From assembly GCA_051362555.1 (NCBI GenBank), contig CM120641.1, positions 7,626,001-7,690,000 of the forward strand: DNA of 64,000 nt. The letters are read 5' to 3'. This stretch comes from Lingula anatina. Its lineage: Eukaryota; Animalia; Brachiopoda. The position numbers were made by a program, and so were the translations under genes. Below are positions 25,501 to 39,100 of this stretch, piece by piece. Positions within the stretch are counted from its first letter, which is position 1, and each line of letters begins with the position of its first letter. The notes under the pieces were generated by a model, which was not told the DNA's origin, searched no databases, and worked only from the letters and a program-made list of their open reading frames with translations.

Positions 25501-28500
25501 TTTCAGGTGATCAATGTCAAAAATAGAGCTCAGCTCATAGATGATGCATTCAGTGTGGCTGGGTGAGTAGAAAAAAAAGTAGTATGATTTTAATGAAAAA
25601 TGACAAATTATATTTAACTGAGATCTGCAAAGTAACTGTTCATATTCTGCTTCAAGAATAGTACATAGGTTGATTACTAGTATATGACCATTTTTTGATG
25701 ATTATAAGGAAATAAGAAATTGACAAAAGCGAATAAATTTGATGTTGTAAGCATCACATGATTGTACCCTAGGGGTTGATGATGTCGGCATAAGCTTACT
25801 ATGCAAGAAAATATGTTTCAGCTCTGGAATTGACCCTGATATAGATGTGAAGTTTGCAATGAAAACAACACTCTACCTAGTAAATGAGACAGAATACCTT
25901 CCTTGGAATTCAGCCATCACCAATTTAGATAGGGTGGACCTGTTGTTGAGCAGCACTGGTTACTATGGTTTCTATCAGGTAAGATTTGCTGGAAATACTG
26001 GTTGATATGGTGATTATTGGCTATCACGGTCAAGTTGGCAAATTGACATATTTAAACAATTATAGAAATCTTATGTTACTTCTGAGTATCAAGACAAGGG
26101 AGCTTAAAGAAATTTAGTTTTTAGTTATATTTTTAACTATGTTTGAAAACATAATGAAATAAAATGATTATCGTCGTTAAAATGCCAAAATAGGAACTTG
26201 GTTAAATCAATAGTTGATTAAAATAAGCAAATGGCGGTTTGAATTGAATGTGGAATTTATAAACATGAAATATAGCAATATATTATTAATTTGTTTTCAA
26301 ATTTTTCATTACAGAAATACATGCTGAAGCAGATTCTTCCCCTGTATGAGATGGTAGGCTGGGAAGACAATGGTGATCAATTAATGCAGTAAGTACAGTC
26401 TGATGGAAGTTGTCAAAAATTATTATGATAATTTAAAAAAACAACATATTTGCCTGTTTATGATTATTTAGTTTGGACATACAGAAGTAGTAGTTGGTAA
26501 TATTTCCAAAACAAGAAGAAAACTGAACTATTCTTCTCCTTGTGCTTTTTCCTTGCAAATTTTGCTGGGCAATAAATGCATTTTGGGTTGAGCATTGCAA
26601 TATTCAAACAGTGCATTGTTATAAATTGTGATGCATATATATGGAAAACCGGTTACTTGGGGTTTAAATTATTCTGGTTGTAGATCATAGGTGAAGAAGA
26701 TGGCATGTGTATTTGAATTCAATTGTCACTTGTCAAAAAGAATGGCATAGATTTGTAAACATGCTCATGATGATGTGCATACATATGATGGTGTTGTAAG
26801 AGTCTTGTCTTGTCATCCTAGGTACAATCGTATTAATGCTCTGAATAAAGCTTGTTCGTATGGACATCAGCCTTGTCTGGACAATGCTACAACTCTCTTC
26901 AATACTTGGAAATTAGAAGTAAATCCTGATGAAATTAATCCGTAAGTAGCTGCTATTTCAGTGAATGTTGATGTTGGTTTTTTTATGAACAGAGAATGGC
27001 ACTGATAAGTTTATAAAAGTGTCTTTCAAAATAAAAATGGGAAATGAATTTAGAGTAATCTGCTATTGATATTAAATCACCTAGAAGATAAATAAATTAC
27101 TTGGATATATAGATAACTGATACAAAGCTTCCTGAATATGTTAGAATAATGCAAATTAGATGCTATTTTCTTTCATCTGTCTTGTGCATGAAAATCTTTA
27201 CAATGAATATGTGCAGGATTTCAGTAAAAAGTTATCAAAAAAATTATGTTTAGAATTTCAGTATTTTTCCAGCCTCCTTTCATGGACATTTTTGTAAAAT
27301 ATTTCAATATCATATTTGAAATTGTTTCAGAATCACACCCAATCTTAAATCCACTGTGTACTGCAATGCCATTGAGAATGGAGGTCAGGAGGAATGGGAC
27401 TGGATGTATGAAAGATACAAGAAGGCCAATGTGGCCACTGAACGAAGCAAGCTGTTAGTAGGACTGTCGTGTAGTAGAGAACCTTTTATTTTAAGCAGGT
27501 ATGGAGATAATCTTGTATACAAATTATTATGTACAGTGCTAGTTAATTGGCATGGATTATGTGGTATGTTTTTCATCTCCTGGACCCAGTTTCACCGAAG
27601 TACTTAAGACCAACATTTTGGTCATCTTTGAACCAACATAAATCAGTGGAGGCCACTTAATGAAATTTTGCAACTGTTTCATAACAAGAAAAGAAACACC
27701 AGTATTTAATACATAGATTCATTATTGTAGTGGATAGCTGAATATTCTGTCTTAAGTTGCAGTTAACCAAAATTTAGATTTGAAATTCTTTTGTGACTGC
27801 TCCATTAGGTGAGATTTAGGCTATTTCTTAAGTGGGTGGATAAAAATGAAGAGTTTGAATTATTGAATACCAAAATTAACAATCATTATTGATATTATAC
27901 AGAATATGTAGTATTTTTTCACCATTTTATTGCACAATTAAAAAAAGAAAAGAAAAGAAAATAGAAGGAAAATAAATATGAAAAGAAATAATCTTTATCT
28001 TTCTAAAATATGTACCTGTCTTGTTTCAGATATTTGAGTTATTCCTTGAACAGTGCTGAGATCCGTAGGCAGGATGGCCCTTCAGTGATAGGGTACATAG
28101 CAAGGAATCCTATAGGTCGTCTGATGGCCTGGGACTTCATGCAGTCCCAGTGGGACAAAATTATGGAAATGTAAGGGATTTTTGTGTAGTTCTTATCTGA
28201 GACAGTGTGGCAAGAATCATCATTAGGCTTTTATCTTAAATGTGCTGTCAATTCTATGTCGGTAGTTTGAAAGAGTTAAAGGAAACATTATCAACTAACC
28301 ATTGTATGAGACTTTCCAAGAAAGAATTCAGATTTTTCTTTTAAAAACATGGACATTTGGTCAAAATCTTTGAGGTTACAATGGAGCTTTCTTATTTTCA
28401 AAGGAGACATATTGTACCTTCCCTGGGTATAAAAAAGGCACATTATTAAGACAGATGGGTATAATGCAAGACAATGAAATGAGCTAAAGTCAAACTTCCT

Positions 28501-29554
28501 TAGTGAATTTCAAAATGAATGCTAAGGCTCCATTGTTTGGAGCCTTTGAAAGCCTACTATGCCTTGCTGGACCCTACTATGTTGTTTCTCACACCAGCAA
28601 TACTGTTATTTACTTGGACTTTTGCTTGCAATTTTTCGTGAGAAATATTGAACAATCAACAATAAGGGTCTCACAGTAAATTTGTGAAAGTTGTAAGGTC
28701 TCCATGTCAAGTGGACCTGGTGTGCTTTATAATAAAATCTAAAATGGTTGAAAATCATGCCATCTTCTTGATAATCGGATCTGTATCTTGATTGTGAATT
28801 TTAGATATTACAAGGTATATTTGGAATTATGTTTTATGAAAAATTTAATACAAATTAAGTACAATATTTTGTTTTATTTAATGAAAAAACTTAGAACTTG
28901 TGTTATCTGATTGCAGATATGGCAAGTCAACCTTCTCCTTTCCTCGCATTATAAAGGGTGTCACAAGTACTCTTACTACACCCATAGAACTTCAACAGGT
29001 AATTGTACTCATTAATTTAGTTATCTTCGTAAAGTTAATGTTTACTGGCCCAGTAGTTAAGTAGTTCTCATGTCGATTTACAAAATTAACTAAAATAATT
29101 AATTGCAACTACAAGTAAAGTGTGCATCATGCAGTTATAATTAGCATTTATGAATATGCATGTTGCTTTTAAGCAGGTACACGCTCGCACACCCACACAC
29201 ACACACACACACACACTCTTCCTTGACACAATGGGCAGCATGAAGTATTGAGATAATGCTTTTTTGATGATTTACCTTGAACATGCAGGTGGATGAGCTT
29301 TTGTTATTGGTGTTATGTGGTGTTCCCTTATGCCATACTTTATTTTCCAGCTGACCATATATAATCTGACCATACATATAAGATCTTATTTTGATGCATT
29401 TCAGGTTGAAGCATTTGTAAAACGACAGAGCAACCTGGGCACAGGAGAGAGAGCATTCCAGCAAGGCATAGAGGAGATCAAAGCCAATGTAGCATGGATA
29501 GAGAAAAATGCTGAAAATGTTGGAAACTGGCTTAAAGAAAACACCTCAACTTAA
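19527..29554 (+). CDS. ANPEP: M1 aminopeptidase N-like, complete downstream unit (20 exons, ~900 aa), no signal anchor of its own
   Basis: Exons: 19527-19940, 20823-20978, 21509-21626, 21833-21953, 22158-22312, 22599-22712, 22911-23045, 23333-23398, 23640-23705, 24186-24358, 24666-24754, 25053-25201, 25507-25562, 25822-25978, 26315-26388, 26822-26941, 27331-27498, 28030-28170, 28917-28998, 29405-29554 (TAA). Motifs VRLP, FPCFDEP, KMSTYL, GAMENWG, HELAHQW, WLNEGFA and ISYSKG are intact. Confidence 0.95.
20085..20208 (+). pseudogene. Degenerate duplicate (pseudo-exon) of aminopeptidase exon 20823-20978
   Basis: Reads [38 protein letters not shown], against the functional [45 protein letters not shown]. 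Confidence 0.85.
20217..20755. mobile_element. Intronic fold-back MITE with ~140-150-bp inverted arms
   Basis: Arm 20217-~20370 is the reverse complement of ~20619-20755 (GAGGGCATTCTCAACGAATTAAGCCAGG.../...CCTGGCTTAATTCGTTGAGAATGCGCTC). ATA flanks both ends. Confidence 0.9.
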
Positions 29555-29954
29555 TATTGAATGATTTACACATGCATCTTTGTAATCTATGTAAAATATA
29601 TAGCATGAAAAACATAGGAAATCCTGTGGTGACTTGATAAAAGGTGAAAAAAAATTAATGGGTTTGAATTAGATGTACATAAATTTATTTTTAAAGATGA
29701 CTTTTATACATGAATATCATCATGAAAAAACAATGCAATATGGGTATATTAACTTGAACATAAGTGATTAATGGTTTTTACTGATATTACATATTTTATA
29801 TTTACACTATTCCAATGAAAAATACATAAATAGGACATTTAAACCTACACAGACAGTTGATTTTTGAAAAGAGTTATGTTCTATTTCTTAATGAAAGATA
29901 TTCATATATCAAAGAATTTTTGATGTAAAAATAGTTGTAATTAAATCTTTTAGC

Positions 29955-29960
29955 AATAAA
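29955..29960 (+). promoter_or_regulatory. Candidate polyadenylation signal of the aminopeptidase gene
   Basis: AATAAA ~400 nt after the stop at 29554. The AT-rich context makes it uncertain. Confidence 0.4.
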
Positions 29961-30661
29961 AAAATGTATACTTATGAATCAGAAATAACGATTTGTCTAA
30001 AATTAGATTTATCTGAAATTGTGTGCTGTGAGAGTATAGTAAACTGAAAAGGAAAAAAGCCTAAATTGGTGCTGTTTTATTATGTTTGTGCCATAAAATC
30101 ACTGTTAATTAACAAATTACATGTATATGAATAAGAATAGATCTTTTAATTCCTCCCTGATTTCGCTATTTATGTTACTTTTTATGTGACTTAATACAGA
30201 GATTATGTAAGTAAATAGACACAAATTACTGTGGCCTCTGTGAATAAGCAGTGTGGACATGTATCTAAATCCAAGAAGCAATAAAAAATTTGCAGTGACA
30301 CTGTGTTTAGAGTTCACTATTAGCCAATTAGTTAACCATTGTTCCATGTACCGGTAACTCTTTTCTCCTTTAGCTGCATGATATCACATCTTGATACATG
30401 AAATACATCAGCTGAGGTTATGCACGTTTAACCTGACCTTCATTCATATAAACCTCCAATATCTAATAGAAACATAATATATAGATATAATTCTCACAAG
30501 ACAATTTTCACAAGACATTAAAATTCCTTTACCAAATATAAGCTCGCTCTTGGGACAGGCTTCCTTTCATCTTCAGTGCCCAACTCTCAAATGAGAGTTA
30601 TACCAGTACAGCTCGCATTGCGATGAGCGACTTATTGTTATATAAATATTATTATGATTAC

Positions 30662-30828
30662 CAGGCCCGTAGCCAGGGGGGGTTGGGGGGTTCGAAAGAA
30701 CCACCCCTTTTGGTCGGAACATGTCCACTCTGGGTGAAATTTGATCGAGGTTCATGAAGTTTTTATGGAAAAAGGTCTACTTTTTCAGAAAAAGAACCCC
30801 CCTTTTGAAATTGCTGGCTACGGGCCTG
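30662..30828. mobile_element. MITE with CAGG termini and 5-bp TSD (hAT5-like), copy 2
   Basis: CAGGCCCGTAGCCAG...CTGGCTACGGGCCTG is a perfect 15-bp TIR. ATTAC lies at 30657-30661 and 30829-30833. Confidence 0.85.
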
Positions 30829-31268
30829 ATTACTATATATATCGGGTCCAAGGTAAATACAAGATATGTCTCATTTTAGTGTGAAGTTTTCACATGTTAC
30901 TGTCTTAAATATTAAAAAACAAAAATTTTATTGGATGTGTGTGGTGATGGTGGTGGTGGTGGGGACCCCTTTACTTGTATTCACTGTTCTTCTCCTCGTT
31001 TGCCTCACCTATGATAATTGTGCAGTGCACAGCTAATATTAATTTCATGTAACATTTTTTAACATAAAATAAATCGATTGCTTTTTGTTGATAAGGGATA
31101 CAATAGGCCTACAAGTGAAATATTCATCAACAGTTCTGACTTCATTATAAAAAAACAGCGTTTTTCCGGTTATCAGTTATACAGTATGTATACTTACACA
31201 TTTACAAGCAAACTCGAAATAAATGTTACTGTACTGCTTACCAAACCACTTCAGAGCTTGTCAGAGGC

Positions 31269-31304
<36 letters not shown>

Positions 31305-32740
31305 TACGCCCATGGTTATCTTACATGTATAAACTACATATATACATCAATTATTTACATGCAATTTCTGTGTAAATGTTTCAGGAAGATGACTCTGTAA
31401 TAGATTTAAAGAAATCAATCTTCACAATAATTTACATTACTTTTTAAAATATTTACATGTACTTCATAGAGCAATCACAATATTAATATTCATGAGGTAG
31501 CAATTTTGCAACTTTGTTATTTGTAACTGCTTGACTACGTTCCGCAGGCTTTTTCCTGAGGAATTGACAATTTGCGGCTGTTCGCTGCCTAGTGCTCGTT
31601 TCTGTGCGAAAAAACTTTGGCTGGCTTATTCTTCTAACTAAATTTGTTTGTCAACTAACGTTCCGCATCAGACACTTGAGCGGCAGGCTGTACAGACATT
31701 TCAAGTAGACGAGAAACTGTATATTGTTTTGAATGGACGCCGCATATTAGGTTCACTGGGAGCTCCTTGGTAGGCTGGTGGCGATTTTACTCTCAACTCT
31801 CTTGACCGTTGCAGCCTCCAAACTCAACTAAAATAACATGAAGTGTCCTTCAAACTACACATGTCAACTATGTTCCGACTGAGAAACGAGTGAAAATCCC
31901 ATTAAGACCATTCCCATGACAATTAATCACGATACATTGAATTAAGGCGAAGGATAATACGTTTCCAAAAATTCATGGATTTTTTTTTACTCAGGAAATA
32001 TCATTTAAGTTATGATTTTAAAAAAGGCTACCTACCCTAAAACTTCCAAAACTTCATTGTGGTTTGCCTTTCTTGGCGATTGTCGGGGGAAGATGGCTTG
32101 TCTAGAAGTGTAATAAAGATTTTCTCCTCGGGGTTTGGAGGAAAGGCTGTCCCTGGACATGCACTTTTAATTATTATCTCGGATACGGTCCCGATACTGG
32201 TGGAAGATTGTAATGTCTTTATGTTCTTTTTTTCTTCCAAAAATTACAAGTGCCCTTATTTCCTCCATTTTTCTGAGGTAATAAAAGCAGACTGGCTTGT
32301 GGGCCTACGCCCAACTCACGAATCTTAAGCGTTGGCCACAGGGGATGGATTTGATTCTGCAGCCTTTAACCTTAATAAACAAAAGTACGAAAATTTTCAC
32401 TAGCTCACTTAATTTTGAATATCACAGATTAGCTCTTACAGCATATGAATTACCTTACATAACATGCTACTGCTAGGCTGGCTGCTACCGAATGCTGAAA
32501 ATGTCAAATAAAAGCTGAAAACAAACCGACTTTTTTCTTCTAAATGATTTTCTTATATAAATATTCAAACATCTTAAATAGTACAGCGAAAAAAATTTAC
32601 TTATCAGATTTTTTAGATCCATGACTTGATCTGTAGTGAAGAAGATGAAAATGGCGAGGAAAGCATTACAGAAACACCTGATAACGAGTCAATAAAAGAT
32701 GTAGTCTCTTGTGTTTTAGGTACGAGAGTCAGTGTCTCAC

Positions 32741-32935
32741 CCAGAGCTTTTAGATCGATCTATCCCCGCGGGGAGTCTCACTAGATTACTGTCAGATAAT
32801 CCGGCTTAAATGTCCGTTCCGCCTACTACAAGCTGTAAGGGGGTAGTTAACTTTCGTGTCCGCTCGGCTGACAGCTATTTAGCGTGAACCCCCAGGGAGT
32901 TAGGTCGATCTAAAGTAGATCGATCTAATCTCTGG
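32741..32935. mobile_element. Small MITE-like insertion
   Basis: CCAGAG..TAGATCGATCTA at the left end pairs with TAGATCGATCTAATCTCTGG at the right end. The interior is more GC-rich than the flanks. No clear TSD. Confidence 0.45.
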
Positions 32936-33226
32936 AAATGGGGTCTTAGGTGGATGTTGATGAATCCTCCGTGGTTGACCGATTAAGGCGTCTTATACGT
33001 ACCATTAAAAGCAATGATATCTTCGGCGTGCATTATTTTTTTATTGCGGTGGATCCCTGTTTAGCTGAATTAGTGTTGAGCTACAGTATGTATGTGTATT
33101 GGAGGCACTTCAAAAAGGAGACACTTTAGGCAGACAGCTTAAGGGCGTTCCTAAGGAGTACTCTGGTTACTTGCATTGTTGTTAAACCCTCTGTTCAACT
33201 GTGACTTAATCAACTCTCATGGTGGT

Positions 33227-35671
33227 TCAAATTCCTTCCGTTGTTTCACGTGTTCCAGTGATCTCCTCCAAAGTAGATCCCATGTTAATACTAAAACCCA
33301 ATCTAGCATCAGAAGGGCTGTTGGTAAATGATAGAAAAGAGACCTCGGAATGGGGGTCAAATTGCTCAAGATCTTTTGGGAGGCTCATATCACTCTCACC
33401 GCTGTTTGGCCGAGATGTAGACTCAGACCCCCAAATAGAGGTCGATATAGATGAGAGAGAAACTTCAGACTGACTTCTATGCAATTCGATTTCCCCTGTA
33501 TCAGAGATTTCGCTTAACACACTGCTGGGATTGTGTGAGGGGGCTTCGAGGGGGCTAGGAGGGTATGAAGTTCCAAGTGTTGGAAACAATTCCTCGGAAA
33601 CACATTCAACGGAACTGCTGTGGCTTGTTTCATGGCAGGGTCCATCCACAGATGTAGGGGAAGACGACGACAGAGATTCGAATGATTCATCTGAGGTGCT
33701 TTGGTGAACGGTTGATTCATTGGCCTCGAGCATTTCATCCACCACAATTGTGCCGTCCAGTCCAATGAACACAGAGGTGCTTGGGAGGGCGGATTCTGTT
33801 TTTTCATTCATGTTATCTTCTAGAAAAAGGTAAACTTGATCTGTGAAGGTTCCCGGGCCGTCTGTGCCAAAGATGTCAAAAGACAGCAGACTGACAGAAG
33901 TGAGGGAGTCACTTTCTACTGAATCTGAGCTGACAGTACTGTCAGTACTGGTGTCAGGAGATGTTGCCATAAGGGACACCTCAGAACTGGTGGCGGAGGG
34001 ACCAACTGCCTCACTTGGCTCATCCAGATTTCTGTTTTCTGCTTTGTCAGATCTCGATTCAGGCTCAGATACCTCCTCTGTCCCTGCGATGGCGTCGACT
34101 TTGGTCAGTACAATCTCAGTGTCTTGTTCCTCCTGGAGCTGAATAATGCCCACAAGCACTGTATCATAAGGATCGGAACTCGTCTGGATAATTGATATTT
34201 CCTCAACTGGTGTCTCATAAGTATCATTGACTCCGCTCGTGACATTTCCACTTGAAGTGCCGCTTGTTTCTGTGGGAGTCGCCCTTTTAGTTGTGGTTGC
34301 AGACGATTCGGGGGAAGGCAAAGGTGACTTAGTTTCACCGACTGAACCTTTTTTCAGCTGACGTTCTCTCCTAGGTTCAGGGGATGGTATTTGCCCAGGA
34401 AGAAGAACTTCTTCACGCAAAGGTTCAACTGTAGATAACCTGTAAGAGTATAAGTTATATCTTCATTGAAACAAATGACTTTTACAAATCGCTGAATTCA
34501 AGAGTTACAAATTGGAATGAATATCCAATGAAACTTAAATCTCGTATTTTATGTTGGATTTAATTTTCTGATAATTTTTTATATGATGATAAACGTTAAT
34601 ACTGATACTTTAGTTCATATGTGGATCATTTTGTTTCCATGTGAAGCTGGCAAGACTAACGCGGAGAACTAATGCTGTAATAGGCTACATATCGAGTAGC
34701 AAAATAGGGAGTTATTCATCGACACTTTAATTGCTTTTTATGCAACAAATAACATGTTTAAGGGATATTTTGCAGGGGCGGATCCAGGATTATTTGAAGG
34801 GGGGTGGGGTTCGATGCCTGCTCAAGGGCCCCGAAAAATTTTGGTGTTTTGGAGAGCAAACAGTGCCTTTTGGTACGGTTTAGATCTATGATTTAACTAG
34901 TCAAAATTCTAATTTCAAGAGGAAAATATTGGTGTGATATATTTTTCAGAAACCGAAGGACCCCCCTGACCCCCTCTAAATCCGCCACTGGATTGAAACA
35001 GTAAAACATTAGTATCACTTATACTTTGCTTAGGTTTCAGCAGTGTTGTAAATTACTCATGTAAAATATTTAACTATGTTAAGAAGATATAACATAAAAT
35101 ACTTATGAATTGAGATAACGCTAACCTATGTCCCACATAAGAGATATAAATACTATATAAATAGAGAGATATAAATACTATTTGATGATCAAATTATGTG
35201 CAAAGTTCATTTTTTCCTGTTTTTCAATACTTTTTTTTCACCAATGTAAGATATGAAATTGATTAATCTTTCTTATGCATGTAATTTGGTTTCATGTGAA
35301 TACATATCTGTAATGTATGTAGGCCCCTAATGGTCTAATTTATTTGAGAAATCTAGTCGAATACCAATTTCAGAGATTGTAGTCGTTTAGGTTAGTAATT
35401 TCTCACCAACCACAAGCGGATTATTGTGAAAACTCAAACATTGGAATTAGATATAAGATAAAGTGAGACACATTACAGATAGCTTCCTCGCATAAGTTAA
35501 AACCACTATTACACACTTTGACAGTGGTAGGCCTACTTACTTTGTCCTATTCAAAGTCAAAATTCCATCGTTTTCTCTTACGGAGTTCGGTCTGCTGATC
35601 TCAATTACTTCGGTTGAACCCGAAGAACAACAATTGATTCTATTCCAGGCTCTTCTTAGCCAGGATGGCAT
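33227..35671 (-). CDS. Uncharacterised acidic Ser/Thr/Glu-rich, probably disordered protein (~447 aa, two coding exons)
   Basis: Exon 1 is 35671-35541 (MPSWLRRAWNRINCCSSGSTEV...RT, donor GTAAGT, phase 2). It joins in frame to the acceptor TTACAG at exon 2, 34439-33227, which contains the 397-aa ORF. No domain recognised. Confidence 0.7.
34773..34990. mobile_element. hAT-type MITE in the intron of the minus-strand gene
   Basis: CAGGGGCGGATCCAG...CTAAATCCGCCACTG imperfect TIRs. TSD not cleanly preserved. Confidence 0.65.
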
Positions 35672-35746
35672 ATTTCGTGCGTTTTAACAACATCATGGAG
35701 ACACGCGTGTCCACATTTGTATATTGCGGTTAAACTATTTTATCGA

Positions 35747-35863
35747 TGACGTCATAAGAAAGGGTCACGTGGGTTCGGCTCTTCTTTTATTGTCGACAAC
35801 AATGCCTCTTTCATTATCAAAAAGTGGTGAAATCTTTTAATGATGAAGAAGGGATTGACGTCA
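35747..35863 (-). promoter_or_regulatory. Candidate proximal promoter: two full CRE palindromes and an E-box
   Basis: TGACGTCA at 35747-35754 and 35856-35863, and CACGTG at 35766-35771, all 75-190 bp upstream of the ATG at 35671. Confidence 0.55.
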
Positions 35864-36141
35864 CAATTAAACTTTTTGGAAACGAGAGGAAAATAAACAA
35901 TATTTGAAAAAAGACACAAAAAAGGAAGTTGATATCATTATATTTATGCACTGTGTTCTTTTACATTTGTTCTAAAATTTTCAATTATAAGTCTCCAGAA
36001 AATGGTAGACAAATTGTTTTATCCATATTCCGTGCAAGATAGGCTGGATTTCCAATCGGTAACTTCACAGAAGTAGAGAAAACTCGACTTCTATGGTAAC
36101 ATTTAGGAGAACGATTTATTTATGTGGATACAGTGAGGCCT

Positions 36142-36190
36142 TTTTGTCCCAACGAACGGTATAGGGCCTATACCGTTCGTTGGGACAAAA
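36142..36190. repeat. Perfect 24-bp inverted repeat with 1-nt spacer
   Basis: TTTTGTCCCAACGAACGGTATAGG-G-CCTATACCGTTCGTTGGGACAAAA. Confidence 0.95.
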
Positions 36191-39100
36191 CTATTCTACT
36201 TTGAAACTCGTCTGATATGCTTTCCAGTTTTGTGGCTCATCTCGTGCAGACATATTTCAATTAAAATTAAATACATGGAAAATCTGACAAAAAAAAAAAA
36301 AAAAAAAAACAAAACAGTATTGACTTGAAAAAACTTTTATTCACAGAGATGGCAATTTAAATCCAAAGTTTCTAGTTAATATTAGCTTCTTTTTTTGAAA
36401 AAAAAACAAAAAAAAAAACGTATTTCTTTATACAGTACTAGTATAGATAAATTCTGTTGAAGCAAATGTGAAAGCGGCGTAATATTTAGCGGCGTAATAT
36501 TTCGTATTTTGTAAAAAAAAACAAAAAAAAAAAAAATTTATTCTGTGTGTATACTGTATGTTATTTGACATTCACATATGCTTTCATTTCATACATACAT
36601 ATTTAGTTGCAAACCAACATTTGTCAGACACAATGGTGCAGTATTTCACATCTAGCCGTTTTGACTCATTGACGAAAGATGAAATCGTGAAAAAAATCTG
36701 ACTTTTGAAATAAGTTTTCCTTTTACTATTTACATTATTCACATATCTATTTAAATTTCAAGTATTTCCGATAACAAACATATCTATATATACAGTAATC
36801 AGTTCCAAGCCAACGATAGATATAAATTGATATATTTGTTGTATCAAATGCTCCGACTAGAAACTTGGGACTACAAACCAATAGATAGACAAAGGGCAAA
36901 TAACGTAGCTGAACAAGTGCACGTCACAACAACGACCTGGCCCCTGAATCGGGATGCCACGAGACGAGAACGAATGAGGGCTCTCGTGGGACTTAGCAAA
37001 TTACCTTTTGCATAAAAATACGATATATTTCAGAAAGTTTAAATCTGCTTCGACAATTATATTTCCTTGCTCTTCAGTTAAAAGTCCTTATATTGCTGCC
37101 ACGATCTTGAACTTCAACTGAGCTAAAGCTAACTCCGTACGTACTGCATTTCATCAAAATGTGCTATCTTTTTGGTGGGATTATCAGAGAGAAAACTTTT
37201 GATTTTTTACAAAAGTTGCGTCGCCTCTACTCCTTTTATCAGGCACAAGCTTTATCTATTTATGCCCCTCCTTTCCTATCTTGGGCCCTTGCTTCTCAAG
37301 AACGTTCATATGTTCATGCAGTACCCGGGGCAAGTCCGCAGTCGACATTTGAAAGAGTAAAGACTACTCAATACTAAAACCGCCGAGGTTTGAACAGCTG
37401 TGCATCTCACCGTGCTCTATAACGTCAAAGGTGAAACCAAACGTTATCTCAGTGCAAAACAAAATGAAAATAAAGACATCTGAAGTCATTTAACTATAGG
37501 AACGTTCAGAACAGGCCTATCAATGAATGCGATCCAACTTGTTTTGATTCAGTAGCTTTTCCCGTATAACAGCAGGTCATACCACCTGTTAACCGTGTTC
37601 GGTAGAAAAACGATGTCTCCTCGGCAGAATTATTTGCCAAATATGTTTCACTCAAAATTACCATTGAATGTTATTTATTATCATTATTATTATTTTTTTT
37701 TTTTTGATTCTCTCCTCTTAGGTTCTCACTAAAAGTAAAACACGCCTGTTGTGAACCTCCTCTGATCCGTGTGGACTCTTTAATATCATGGGTAAATCCA
37801 AAATAAATCTCAGTATGAAACAAACTCCGAGCTCCGTGTCGGGTTCTCAAACACGATTTCCTGTGCATCATGAACTTTACCGTTCATGTCTGGGACTGGG
37901 GTTTTGTAGGATGAAATGGGGCACCGGGATTATCGATTGGGATAGCAGTTGTACACATGTACATCCAATCTGGCGCTCTCCGTGACAAGGTTGAAAGTTT
38001 CCATCTGATCGTAGCTGGTCGACGAAGCTGTCGTGGCTGTGTGGTAACTCTGCTGCTTTGCAGATAGGCAGGAACTCGGACGATGGTTCGAGTCCCAGTA
38101 GATACTATGTCATTTTTTGCCAGAATTAATTTTCTAAAAATTGCGCTTGATTACTATAAGAGGAAACTCGCACATGCGGACGGTGGGCGGGTCAGTCACG
38201 GAGCAGTCGGTAGCGTGCATGGATGGAAATGAGACAGCCGAAGCCTCATCAACCTTGGTAACGCAAAGTCACGGGTTCGAGGCCCGGATGAGGCACGTCA
38301 CGACAACGACTTGGCCCCTGAATCGGGATGCCACGAGACGGGAATGAATGAGGGCTCTCGTGGGACTTAGCAAATTACCTTTTGCGTAAAAATACGGTAT
38401 ACTTCAGAAGGTTTAAATCTGCTTCGACAATTATATTTCCTTGCTCTTCAGTTAAAAGTCCTTATATTGCTGCCACGATCTTGAACTTAAACTGAGCTAA
38501 AGCTAACTCCGTGCGTACTGCATTTCATCAAAATGTGCTATCTTTTTGGTGGGATTATCAGAGAGAAAACTTTTGATTTTTTACAAAAGTTGCGTCGCCT
38601 CTACTCCTTTTATCAGGCACAAGCTTTGTCTTTTTATGCCCCTCCTTTCCTATCTTGGGCCCTTGCTTCTCAAGACCGTTCATGTATGTTCATGCAGTAC
38701 CCGGGGCAAGTCCGCAGTCGACATTTGAAAGAGTAAAGACTACTCAATACTAAAACCGCCGAGGTTTGAACAGCTGTGCATCTCATCTTGCTCGATAACG
38801 TCAAAGGTGAAACCAAACGTTATCTCAGTGCAAAACAAAATGAAAATAAAGGCATCTGAAGTCATTTAACTATAGGAACGTTCAGAACAGGCCTATCAAT
38901 GAATGCGATCCAACTTGTTTTGATTCAGTAGCTTTTCCCGTATAACAGCAGGTCATACCACCTGTTAACCGTGTTCGGTAGAAAAACGATGTCTCCTCGG
39001 CAGAATTATTTGCCAAATATGTTTCACTCAAAATTACCATTGAATGTTATTTATTATTATTATTATTTTTATTTATTTTTTTTTTTTGATTCTCTCCTCT

